A model generated the notes under the pieces. That model did no database searches, was not told where the DNA came from, and saw only the letters and a program-made list of their open reading frames with translations. Positions 8,668 through 16,047 of a stretch of DNA of 40,182 bases are shown here, piece after piece. Position 1 is the stretch's first letter. Each line of letters starts with the position of its first letter. Location: positions 1 through 40,182 of the IMG/VR virus record IMGVR_UViG_3300022690_000259; one strand, given 5' to 3'. A program made the translations under genes and the position numbers. The stretch is from a virus.

Positions 8668-10755
8668 ATGCCAAGAAATAACCATAGGGAAATAGAGAAT
8701 AGTCAAATACATCCACCAAAGGATTTTTCAACGGCGGATAATGGCGATAGAATTGAGAAAAACCTCAATGGTGAATTAATATGGATAGGATCACCTTGGC
8801 AACCCAACACAATTGACGTTGTAGATATTAATGATGCTCCACCTACAGAAGAAAATGGTGATAGATATATTGTAATAGAAATTACCTCAACGGTAGCTGA
8901 TCCAGGATGGGACGGGGCGGCGGTAAATGACATCGTTGAATTTTCAGATACCAATAACACCTGGGGTAATCGTGCTCCTGCAAAAGGAGATATAACATAT
9001 AATGAAACTTTAGATGATTACTATCAATACGATGGTGATGAATGGATTGTATTAATTGCCGGCGGCGGAGGCGGTTCAATTACCATTAATTGGAAATTCT
9101 CTACAAATATTACTGACGCAAACCCAGGCAGCGGAAATTTCAGATTAAATAATGCTACTCAAGGAAGTGCAACAAGCATTTTTGTTAGTGACTTCTCAGA
9201 CAACGGCACCGATGTAACCGCGATTTTAGACTCTGTAAAAATAGGCACTGATATTTATATTCAACAGGGCGACGATTCTACAAGATTTCATCTTGCAACC
9301 GTGAACGCCGTCCCTATTGACGCAACTACCTACTGGAAAATACCAATTACAATAAGTGATTCGGGGGCGGATATACAAAATAATAAATCATGCCCTTTTG
9401 TATTTTTAGGTGGGGGAGCAGACTTTTCAGATGGAGGCGAGGCAGGCGGAAAGAATAGAACTTTAGGTAATACTGATAACTTTGGATTTGCCCTTCTTAC
9501 AAATAATAACCAAAGAATATCGATTCTTAATGATGGCAAGGTCGGAATAAACGAAACCACGCCATTAGCTCCGTTACATGTAAAATCGAGTGGGGTAGCT
9601 AATGTATTTATTATTTCACCGAATACAGGATCATCAGAAACTAAAGTCGAAGAGAATGTAAGCAATGAGATGAATCTCATTATGAAAAATGCCGCCGGTA
9701 CTGAGGTAATTAAATTGTCCACCAGTTCAGGGATTAACTCTTTTGTCAATGCGGGTAATTTTGGGATTGGAGCTTCAGGCGCAAGCGTACCATTGCATGT
9801 AAGTAAATCAAATACATCCACAACACCAGCGGTAAGGATTGAAAATACATTGACGGGAGATGCTGGACTGGAAGTAAAAGTGCCTGGACAGTCTTATTAT
9901 TTTGCTATAGATCAGAATGATCTTAAGAAATTAAAGATAGGCGGGGGTAGTGTGATAGGTGTTACGCCTTTTATCACTATTGACATTACTGGATGCATTG
10001 GCCTTGGTATAACAACTCCTGAGGGTATATTACACACTGAGCAAAGTACAGATGCTAAAGGGGTATTTTTTGATAACATAGGGAATACGGCAAATGCACC
10101 ATTTCTTAATTTACGAAAATCAAGGGCGGGCGCTGTTATAAATTCAGGCGATGGCATTGGGCGCATAAAATTTATGGGTCATGATGGAACGGATTTAAAT
10201 ACAACAGGGGTTTTTATACAGGCCGAATCTGAGGGCACAATAGCTGGTAATAAAATACCTGCGAGCTTTCAGATTTTCACAATGAATTTAGCTGGTACGC
10301 TTGCTGAGAGAATGCGAATTACACCGGATGGCGATTTGGGAATAGGTGTGACATCACCGGATGAAAAGTTGCATGTAAATGGAAATGTAAAAGTAGACGG
10401 GAATATTATAGCAAATAATTTCCCACAACCCACACTTACGGTAGAAAATCCGGGAGCCTCCGAGAATATAACATTTTTCAGAACTGATTTTGCAATTACA
10501 GTGCAGGAAGTTATAACGGTTTTGCGCGGATCTTCTACTCCTAGTGTGACCTATCAGTTAAAACATGCTACGACAAGAAATGCAGCGGGTAATAATTTAA
10601 CAAATAGCGGGGCTGTAACGAGTATTACGACCGGAGATACGGCGACTTTAAACGACGCAACCATTCCGGCAAATAGTTGGGTATGGCTCATAACAACAGT
10701 ACAAAGCGGAACGGTTGACGAAATGAGCGTTAATTTAAGGTACAAACCAGATTAA
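8668..10755 (+). CDS. Tail fibre protein
   Basis: 695 aa with a Gly run (GGGGGS). Four spaced copies of a G-x-G-I/L-G...P...LHV motif are present (GKVGINETTPLAPLHV, NFGIGASGASVPLHV, CIGLGITTPEGILHT, GDLGIGVTSPDEKLHV), as seen in phage fibre shafts. Confidence 0.65.
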   Translation: MPRNNHREIENSQIHPPKDFSTADNGDRIEKNLNGELIWIGSPWQPNTIDVVDINDAPPTEENGDRYIVIEITSTVADPGWDGAAVNDIVEFSDTNNTWGNRAPAKGDITYNETLDDYYQYDGDEWIVLIAGGGGGSITINWKFSTNITDANPGSGNFRLNNATQGSATSIFVSDFSDNGTDVTAILDSVKIGTDIYIQQGDDSTRFHLATVNAVPIDATTYWKIPITISDSGADIQNNKSCPFVFLGGGADFSDGGEAGGKNRTLGNTDNFGFALLTNNNQRISILNDGKVGINETTPLAPLHVKSSGVANVFIISPNTGSSETKVEENVSNEMNLIMKNAAGTEVIKLSTSSGINSFVNAGNFGIGASGASVPLHVSKSNTSTTPAVRIENTLTGDAGLEVKVPGQSYYFAIDQNDLKKLKIGGGSVIGVTPFITIDITGCIGLGITTPEGILHTEQSTDAKGVFFDNIGNTANAPFLNLRKSRAGAVINSGDGIGRIKFMGHDGTDLNTTGVFIQAESEGTIAGNKIPASFQIFTMNLAGTLAERMRITPDGDLGIGVTSPDEKLHVNGNVKVDGNIIANNFPQPTLTVENPGASENITFFRTDFAITVQEVITVLRGSSTPSVTYQLKHATTRNAAGNNLTNSGAVTSITTGDTATLNDATIPANSWVWLITTVQSGTVDEMSVNLRYKPD

Positions 10756-10756
10756 T

Positions 10757-11044
10757 ATGCCAACTTACACATGGTTACAATCATTCAATAGAGTAGAATT
10801 AGATACTGACTCTAAATATATCGAAGACGATCAATATTTTGATTATTCAGGCGATACGTATAGTAAAAAAACCGGTGAAGAAATAAAGAAAAACGATGAT
10901 ACAACGGGGCTCACAGAAATTTTTATAGTCGGTACTGTTTATTATAATCAATTCGAAGACGACAGCACCCAGGAGGTTGTAGAAGACGAAATTACATTAT
11001 CTGAATATGAGGCCGTTGCGACGTCAACACCAACAAAAGCATAA
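10757..11044 (+). CDS. Hypothetical protein (acidic)
   Basis: 95-aa ORF between the fibre gene and the last late gene. Its stop overlaps the next start (TAATG). Confidence 0.5.
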   Translation: MPTYTWLQSFNRVELDTDSKYIEDDQYFDYSGDTYSKKTGEEIKKNDDTTGLTEIFIVGTVYYNQFEDDSTQEVVEDEITLSEYEAVATSTPTKA

Positions 11045-11667
11045 TGGCAGTAGCATTTAACAGTGTAAATTCCGGCATAGCAGATTTTACGTCTAGCTTA
11101 AGCTTCGCGCTCAGTACAAGCGGATCAGATAGGCTAGTAACATTTGCAACGTTTGTAGCTTCTAACTCGATAAACGTTACCGCAGCTACTTATGACGGCG
11201 TTGCACTAACACCAGTTGGCAGTTTATCGGGCAATGGGTTTACAATGGAATTTTTTAGATTAGTAGCTCCTGCTACAGGAAGCAATACATGCTCGGTTAC
11301 GTGGAGTGGTTCGTCTAGTGTATCAATTGGCGCAATGAGTTGGACGGGAGTTGATCAGACAACGCCGGTTAGTGGTTTTCAATCTAACCTCTCAGGCACA
11401 TCAAGTAATAGCGTAACTGTAAGTAGCTCCGTAGGTGATTTTGTTGTCGATGCCATTGCGCATTTTCAAAGTCAAACCGTAGGATCAGGTCAAACCCAAA
11501 GATATAGTGTTTCAACATTTGATCAGCACAGCGGAAGTACAGAGCCAGGCGCGTCCCCGAATGTTGCAATGTCTTGGAGTTTTAGTATAGGTGATAATAC
11601 TAATTTGATTGCCATGAACATTAACCAGGTAGCTGCAGTAGTTCGCAGAATATTTAATGTGACATAA
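11044..11667 (+). CDS. Ser/Thr/Gly-rich beta protein, last gene of the late block (possible receptor-binding or fibre accessory)
   Basis: 207 aa, strongly Ser/Thr/Val/Gly-rich, directly downstream of the fibre genes. Function inferred from position. Confidence 0.5.
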   Translation: MAVAFNSVNSGIADFTSSLSFALSTSGSDRLVTFATFVASNSINVTAATYDGVALTPVGSLSGNGFTMEFFRLVAPATGSNTCSVTWSGSSSVSIGAMSWTGVDQTTPVSGFQSNLSGTSSNSVTVSSSVGDFVVDAIAHFQSQTVGSGQTQRYSVSTFDQHSGSTEPGASPNVAMSWSFSIGDNTNLIAMNINQVAAVVRRIFNVT

Positions 11668-11746
11668 ATAATTATTTTTTTTAATTGTATTGAAAGCCTT
11701 TAGAAATAAGGGGTTTTCGTGTGCGTGAATATTTATTTGAAATAAA

Positions 11747-11779
11747 TTAAACTTTTGTTAAACTTTTGTTAAACTTTTG
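11747..11779. repeat. Three perfect tandem copies of TTAAACTTTTG (11 bp)
   Basis: Read directly: units at 11747-11757, 11758-11768 and 11769-11779, in the 151-bp gap between the late and early blocks. Confidence 0.9.
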
Positions 11780-11818
11780 TTTAGCTTTACAGTACAATAA
11801 ACCATAAATAAAGTTAAA

Positions 11819-12073
11819 ATGGAAAATATACCAACGAGCTATGAAGATGTAATCGACTATTCGGGTTCGGGATGGGAGCCAAAAATTAACAACCGTTTTG
11901 GTTATTCAGGTTCTAGCATTGATTCATGGAACCAAGATTCAGCAAAAATATGCTGTATAGAATTAGGATTTAAAATTTGTAAATGTAATAAGTGTAAAAT
12001 AAAAATAACAAAAAAATGGACTACAAAAAAAAGTACAAAAAAATACCTAGGGGGTATAAGCACGAAGTATTAA
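11819..12073 (+). CDS. Hypothetical small protein (Cys-rich middle; 3' end runs through poly-A tracts)
   Basis: 84-aa ORF, first after the late/early gap. Its last ~20 codons are Lys-rich from A-runs and overlap the next gene by 58 nt. Confidence 0.4.
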   Translation: MENIPTSYEDVIDYSGSGWEPKINNRFGYSGSSIDSWNQDSAKICCIELGFKICKCNKCKIKITKKWTTKKSTKKYLGGISTKY

Positions 12074-12465
12074 CATTATCCGGCTGTGTTAAGTCTGATA
12101 TTTTCAACTGGGAAAAGGGACATATTAAAAAAGTTGGTGTTGATAAGGTTAAGAGAATTACCAAGGCTATTCAGCAAGTTTGGCAACCTCATAATTTAGT
12201 TTCTTTAATGACTGTAAATATGGGAAAAAACAGAATAGTTGTTGACCATCCAACCGCTACAAATTACATTAAGTATAACGACTTAATGAGTTTCAAGATT
12301 GACATTACAGGAACGATTGGGAATCATGAAACGGTTTATGAGTTGGTTGATTCTGCATACAGTGAGATTAATAAATTATGGAATGAAAACCCTTATGAGA
12401 TAGATCTTTTAATTGCAAAAAAGATTATTCATGATAACGAAAAATCTAAAGAAGATCAGTCTTAA
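12016..12465 (+). CDS. Putative HTH (Cro/CI-XRE-like) DNA-binding protein
   Basis: The N-terminal HEVLTLSGCVKSDIFNWEKGHIKKVGVDKVKRITKAI resembles the XRE-family helix-turn-helix pattern (xxS...is.wE.G). It sits at the start of the early region. Confidence 0.45.
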   Translation: MDYKKKYKKIPRGYKHEVLTLSGCVKSDIFNWEKGHIKKVGVDKVKRITKAIQQVWQPHNLVSLMTVNMGKNRIVVDHPTATNYIKYNDLMSFKIDITGTIGNHETVYELVDSAYSEINKLWNENPYEIDLLIAKKIIHDNEKSKEDQS

Positions 12466-12479
12466 GTATTTTGAATTCA

Positions 12480-12500
12480 TTAAACTTTTGTTAAACTTAG
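12480..12500. repeat. Second site of the TTAAACTTTTG motif (one full copy plus partial TTAAACTTAG)
   Basis: Read directly, 25 bp upstream of the ATG at 12525. Confidence 0.85.
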
Positions 12501-12524
12501 TTTTAAATTAAAATCATTCTCCAT

Positions 12525-12698
12525 ATGTTAAATTCAGAAACAGTACAAAAAGATTTAATTGAGTCAGTTGTCGAGTTAGCCGGATGCGGTAAGGCTCTTG
12601 AGAACACATTAACCAAATACCTCGAAATACTTGTTGAGATAGTTAAGCTCGAGACAAAAGCAAAGATTGCAAACACAGTTATAGGAATCGAGGTATGA
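12525..12698 (+). CDS. Small hypothetical protein (57 aa, not in ORF track)
   Basis: Manual translation: MLNSETVQKDLIESVVELAGCGKALENTLTKYLEILVEIVKLETKAKIANTVIGIEV. The stop overlaps the next start as ATGA (12695-12698). It replaces the antisense track ORF 12503..12706. Confidence 0.5.
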   Translation: MLNSETVQKDLIESVVELAGCGKALENTLTKYLEILVEIVKLETKAKIANTVIGIEV

Positions 12699-13171
12699 AA
12701 ACTCATTGGCGAAAATTAGACGACCCTAATTATTTAGGCGCTTATAGCTTGCAAGATGGTGAGAATCGGGAATTAACCGTTACAATTGAAAAGGTAATCG
12801 TTGAAGAGATCCGAACCGAAAAAGGAGGCGAACGGTGCAAGGTGGCTTATTTAAAAGACGAAAAGCCAGTGATATTGAATGTTACCAATTGCAAAATCAT
12901 TACAAAAATGTTCGGTACTCCTTACATTGATGATTGGATAGGCAAGAAAATAACATTGTATGTATCGGTAATAAAGGTCAACAATGAGAAAATGGATTGT
13001 TTGCGGGTTAGGTTAATAAAGTCTAACATCCTCCCAAAACTGACACCAAAACATGAAAAATGGGAGGGTGCAAAAATAGCATTAAGCGAAGGTAGTATTA
13101 CGATTGAGGATATAAAAATGAATTATAAATTAACCAAGAAAAACGAAAAATTATTATGTTGTTCAAAATAA
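12695..13171 (+). CDS. Hypothetical protein upstream of exonuclease (candidate ssDNA-binding/annealing partner)
   Basis: 158 aa, overlapping the exonuclease gene start by 16 nt. I recognised no family. Confidence 0.55.
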   Translation: MKTHWRKLDDPNYLGAYSLQDGENRELTVTIEKVIVEEIRTEKGGERCKVAYLKDEKPVILNVTNCKIITKMFGTPYIDDWIGKKITLYVSVIKVNNEKMDCLRVRLIKSNILPKLTPKHEKWEGAKIALSEGSITIEDIKMNYKLTKKNEKLLCCSK

Positions 13172-13929
13172 GAAGTAGTGCCAGTGGCCGAATAATGGCC
13201 GGATCGGTTGGGTTATCTGATCCTCAACAGCGGGAATACGATAAATTAATAGCAAAGGAAAAAGTTACAACAAAGCAAGCTGAGACTCTTGCACTTTTGA
13301 TTGAAAGGCGGGCTAATCCTCAATTGCCAAAAGGTGCTAAAACTTACTGCGAGGAGTGGTTAAAATGCGAATTGTACAAGCGGAAAATAGAAATTAGCTC
13401 GAAATACATGAGTAAGGGCAATGATGTTGAAGGTGAATCAATTGAGTATATCGCTGCACAAATGGGGTATGGAATGCTGATAAAAAACAAGGAGCGATTT
13501 TCAAACGATTTTATCGAGGGCGAGCCCGATGTTATTATCAAAGATGCTGTGATTGATGCCAAAAACTCATGGGATTTCACAACCTTTCCATTGTTTGAAG
13601 ATAAGGTGCCTGATACTGATTATTACTGGCAAGGTCAATGCTACATGGAGTTGACCAAAAAGCCACATTATCGATTAATTTACACCTTAATTGATACACC
13701 AGAATATTTAATTCAGCGTGAATTCAGCAGCTATTGCTACAAGAATAATCTGGAAACAGAAGAGGCAATATATAATGAATTTCATAGGAAAATGACCTAT
13801 GACGACGTTGAGGATAGTTTAAAAATCAAGGCTTTTGATTTTGATTATAATCCAGACGATGTAAAAAACATTGAAACCCGCGTTAAAATGTGCCGTGAAT
13901 ACATCAAAGGACTGTTAAAAGCAATGTAA
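13156..13929 (+). CDS. PD-(D/E)XK recombination exonuclease (YqaJ/lambda-Exo-like)
   Basis: The motif pattern ...GNDVEGESIEY..., ...EGEPDVII... and ...VIDAKNS... fits the D...(D/E)xK nuclease core of YqaJ-type phage exonucleases. It is adjacent to NinB-like. Confidence 0.6.
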   Translation: MLFKIRSSASGRIMAGSVGLSDPQQREYDKLIAKEKVTTKQAETLALLIERRANPQLPKGAKTYCEEWLKCELYKRKIEISSKYMSKGNDVEGESIEYIAAQMGYGMLIKNKERFSNDFIEGEPDVIIKDAVIDAKNSWDFTTFPLFEDKVPDTDYYWQGQCYMELTKKPHYRLIYTLIDTPEYLIQREFSSYCYKNNLETEEAIYNEFHRKMTYDDVEDSLKIKAFDFDYNPDDVKNIETRVKMCREYIKGLLKAM

Positions 13930-13931
13930 CA

Positions 13932-14411
13932 ATGTGTGCGTTAAAACTAGAATATCCAGGCTCTGTTGATATAGACGCAGTGTTGACACTCGACGAAACG
14001 CCGAAATTCAATGACGACCTAAAACAATTCAAGTTAAAGCGAGTTGTTTTAGGCCTGAAAAGATTTGTAAAGAAGCGCACATTACCACAAAACGCTTATT
14101 ACTGGGCGGTAGTTATTCCAATATTAACCAGAGGGTTTATTAATGTTGGTTATGGAGCCATGACTGACATAAAAACCCACAGCTGGATGAAAAGAAAATA
14201 TCTTCTAGGTGAAGAGAAATGCGATTTCGACGAAATGCCAGTACTTGAAATAATCGGAAGTACGACAAAATTAAATATTGAGAGATTTTTTGAAATAATG
14301 CATGATTTACACAGGTACGGCGCTCAAAACCTCGGTGTAAAGATACCTGATCCTGATAAGAACTGGCGCAATCCAGAACACGAAGCATATTCAGCGTACA
14401 TTAAATTATAA
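13932..14411 (+). CDS. ninB: NinB/Orf-like recombination mediator
   Basis: RTLPQNAYYWAVVIPIL parallels lambda Orf RSLDQNRKLWACLGDVS. GSTTKLNIERFFEIMHDLHRYGAQNLGVKIP parallels GQSTSRMRVGEFAELLELIQAFGTERGVKW. Confidence 0.55.
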   Translation: MCALKLEYPGSVDIDAVLTLDETPKFNDDLKQFKLKRVVLGLKRFVKKRTLPQNAYYWAVVIPILTRGFINVGYGAMTDIKTHSWMKRKYLLGEEKCDFDEMPVLEIIGSTTKLNIERFFEIMHDLHRYGAQNLGVKIPDPDKNWRNPEHEAYSAYIKL

Positions 14412-14436
14412 ATTATTTATTTAAACCAAATTAAAT

Positions 14437-14661
14437 TTGGAAATTTTTGTAAAAATTTTAGGGGCTGTAATAGCCGTATTGGGATTTACTTTTATTATGG
14501 CTTGCTTACTATCGCTGCCTGTAATGTGGTTATGGGATTGGTTGATGCCTGAAATATTTGGGTTAACAACCATAACATTTTGGCAAGCTTTAGGACTGAA
14601 TTTATTGTCAGGATTTTTAATAAAAAGTAATTCATCAAGTTCGTCAAATTCAAATGATTAA
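14437..14661 (+). CDS. Small two-helix membrane protein, paralogue A (TTG start)
   Basis: 74 aa with two hydrophobic helices and a Ser/Asn-rich tail (SNSSSSSNSND). It shares 63/74 residues with 14938..15162. The ATG of the paralogue is replaced here by TTG. Confidence 0.5.
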   Translation: MEIFVKILGAVIAVLGFTFIMACLLSLPVMWLWDWLMPEIFGLTTITFWQALGLNLLSGFLIKSNSSSSSNSND

Positions 14662-14686
14662 TCAAATGACAAAATAAATAAAACGA

Positions 14687-14911
14687 ATGAGACAAGACCA
14701 GGAAAGACAAAAGCGTTTAGAACCTAAACGAATACTCGACGCAAGCATGGAAATTAGCGACAAAGGTTGTGATATAATGCACGTTACCGATAAGGAAATA
14801 ACATTCAGGTATAAAGACGAAACCGTTAAATATTTCCCTTACTCCGGTTGGGCAACTGGCAAGAGTATAAAAGACGGTCGAGGCCTTAAAAACTTACTTA
14901 AACAATTATAA
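14687..14911 (+). CDS. Hypothetical protein flanked by the duplicated cassette
   Basis: 74-aa ORF between the two paralogues. Its 3' end joins the same 33-bp leader as the upstream gene. Confidence 0.5.
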   Translation: MRQDQERQKRLEPKRILDASMEISDKGCDIMHVTDKEITFRYKDETVKYFPYSGWATGKSIKDGRGLKNLLKQL

Positions 14912-14937
14912 ATTATTTATTTAAACCAAATTAAATC

Positions 14938-15162
14938 ATGGAAATATTATTAAAAATTGTAGGCGGCATATTAGCCGTATTAGGAATAACTTTTTTCATG
15001 GCCTGCTTACTGGCCTTACCGGTAATGTGGTTATGGGATTGGCTTATGCCGGAGTTATTCGGGTTAACAACTATAACATTTTGGCAAGCTTTAGGATTGA
15101 ATTTATTGTCAGGATTTTTAATAAAAAGTAATTCATCAAACTCAAGTAATTCAAACGATTAA
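14938..15162 (+). CDS. Small two-helix membrane protein, paralogue B (ATG start)
   Basis: 74 aa. See paralogue A. Many nucleotide differences between the copies are synonymous. Confidence 0.6.
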   Translation: MEILLKIVGGILAVLGITFFMACLLALPVMWLWDWLMPELFGLTTITFWQALGLNLLSGFLIKSNSSNSSNSND

Positions 15163-15170
15163 TCGAGAAA

Positions 15171-15202
15171 ATATACAATTGTATATAGGAATAATTGTAT
15201 AT
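15171..15202. promoter_or_regulatory. Perfect 16-bp palindrome ATATACAATTGTATAT plus a third AATTGTATAT half-site (candidate operator)
   Basis: The palindrome at 15171-15186 is self-complementary by direct reading. The half-site repeats at 15193-15202. Confidence 0.35.
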
Positions 15203-15260
15203 TACATAGTTCTTTTGATATTCATATTAGTGCAGCGAGACGCACTATATACATAAATAC

Positions 15261-15317
15261 AGCCTCTTACCGGATGTTTGTCTCGCAACAAAATTGAAGG
15301 TAGGAGGCTTATTTTTT
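15261..15317 (+). terminator. Terminator-like or attenuator-like stem plus T-run, 4 nt before the next start codon
   Basis: AGCCTCTTACC (15261-15271) pairs with GGTAGGAGGCT (15299-15309), 11 bp with one G-U. The 27-nt interior can itself fold. TATTTTTT follows, and the ATG is at 15322. Confidence 0.4.
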
Positions 15318-15321
15318 AAAG

Positions 15322-16047
15322 ATGGCAAAGGATAAAAATTCATTTACAGCTTATTACGTTTGGAAGAATACATTCAAGACTCTTCCTAATGAGCAAGCAG
15401 GCCAATTAATCAAGCATATACTGGCCTATGTCTCTGGTGAAAACCCTACAACTGATGATATTTTAATCAATGCAGTATTTGCCAGTATTAAAAATGATAT
15501 TGATATTGACACGCAGAAATGGAAAAAGCAGCAAAAGCAAAGAATTAAGGCAGGCAAAAGGAGTGTTGAGGTTCGTAAGCAAGCGCCATTGATTGATAAA
15601 CCACCGTTGAGCGAAATTGAAGATAAAACAACAGTTATTGAGGAGTCGTTAACGAGCGTTGAACATCCGTTTAATTCTGTTGAACGAGCGTTGAACATCC
15701 GTTTAATTCCACCGAACGAAACAGAGGAACCGCCAATTGGTGTAATAAAAAAATCAATAGAAGATCGAGTAAAAGATTTTCGTGAAGAAATTGAAAAGTT
15801 AAATTCTGAAAAGAAAATTTTAACTGACGTGCTTTTAAATGATTCGGCAAAAGGTTTTTTACCTTATTGGTCGGAGCACTCAGGAACCGCCAAAAAATTC
15901 AGGCGAGAAAAAGAAACTAATTGGAATTCTAATTTAAGAATGTGCCGATGGAAATCTCTGGCTAAACAATACAATAAAGAAAAATCACAGAAAAATGGAA
16001 AAATCAACATTGCCAACATTGTCAGAAATAGATCTGACAATAATTGA
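15322..16047 (+). CDS. Putative replication/DNA-binding protein (DUF6291-like N-terminus) carrying internal DNA iterons
   Basis: The N-terminus FTAYYVWKNTFKTLPNEQAGQLIKHILAYVSGENP resembles the DUF6291 / replisome-organiser-type N-domain recalled from Bacteroidota and Firmicutes mobile elements. It contains the 27-bp repeat at 15651-15709. Confidence 0.5.
   Translation: MAKDKNSFTAYYVWKNTFKTLPNEQAGQLIKHILAYVSGENPTTDDILINAVFASIKNDIDIDTQKWKKQQKQRIKAGKRSVEVRKQAPLIDKPPLSEIEDKTTVIEESLTSVEHPFNSVERALNIRLIPPNETEEPPIGVIKKSIEDRVKDFREEIEKLNSEKKILTDVLLNDSAKGFLPYWSEHSGTAKKFRREKETNWNSNLRMCRWKSLAKQYNKEKSQKNGKINIANIVRNRSDNN
15651..15709. repeat. Two exact copies of AACGAGCGTTGAACATCCGTTTAATTC (27 bp, 32-bp period): candidate origin iterons
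   Basis: Copies lie at 15651-15677 and 15683-15709, with an extra GTTGAAC core in the spacer. The 32-bp period is out of frame, so the copies encode different peptides (LTSVEHPFNS vs ERALNIRLIP). Confidence 0.85.

Noticed and set aside
8668-11667. A diversity-generating retroelement or phase-variable cassette acting on the fibre genes
   Set aside because: There is no reverse transcriptase, and I found no template/variable repeat pair or invertible-repeat flanks by reading.
11747-11779. The tandem 11-bp repeats as a CRISPR array or minisatellite
   Set aside because: The units are contiguous with no spacers and far shorter than CRISPR repeats, and no cas genes are present. They are treated as a regulatory repeat instead.
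12010-12016. A_AAA_AAA heptamer that could fuse ORF 11819..12073 to ORF 12016..12465 by a -1 frameshift
   Set aside because: The slip would land exactly on the ATG of the downstream gene. However, the region is simply a series of A7-A8 tracts in very A-rich DNA, the downstream gene has its own ATG, and no extended overlap demands recoding. This is most likely coincidence, although homopolymer length should be checked in reads.
12503-12706. Minus-strand 67-aa ORF in the gap before 12695
   Set aside because: The same space holds a + strand 57-aa ORF (12525..12698) whose stop is ATGA-coupled to the next gene. That fits the strictly unidirectional operon organisation.
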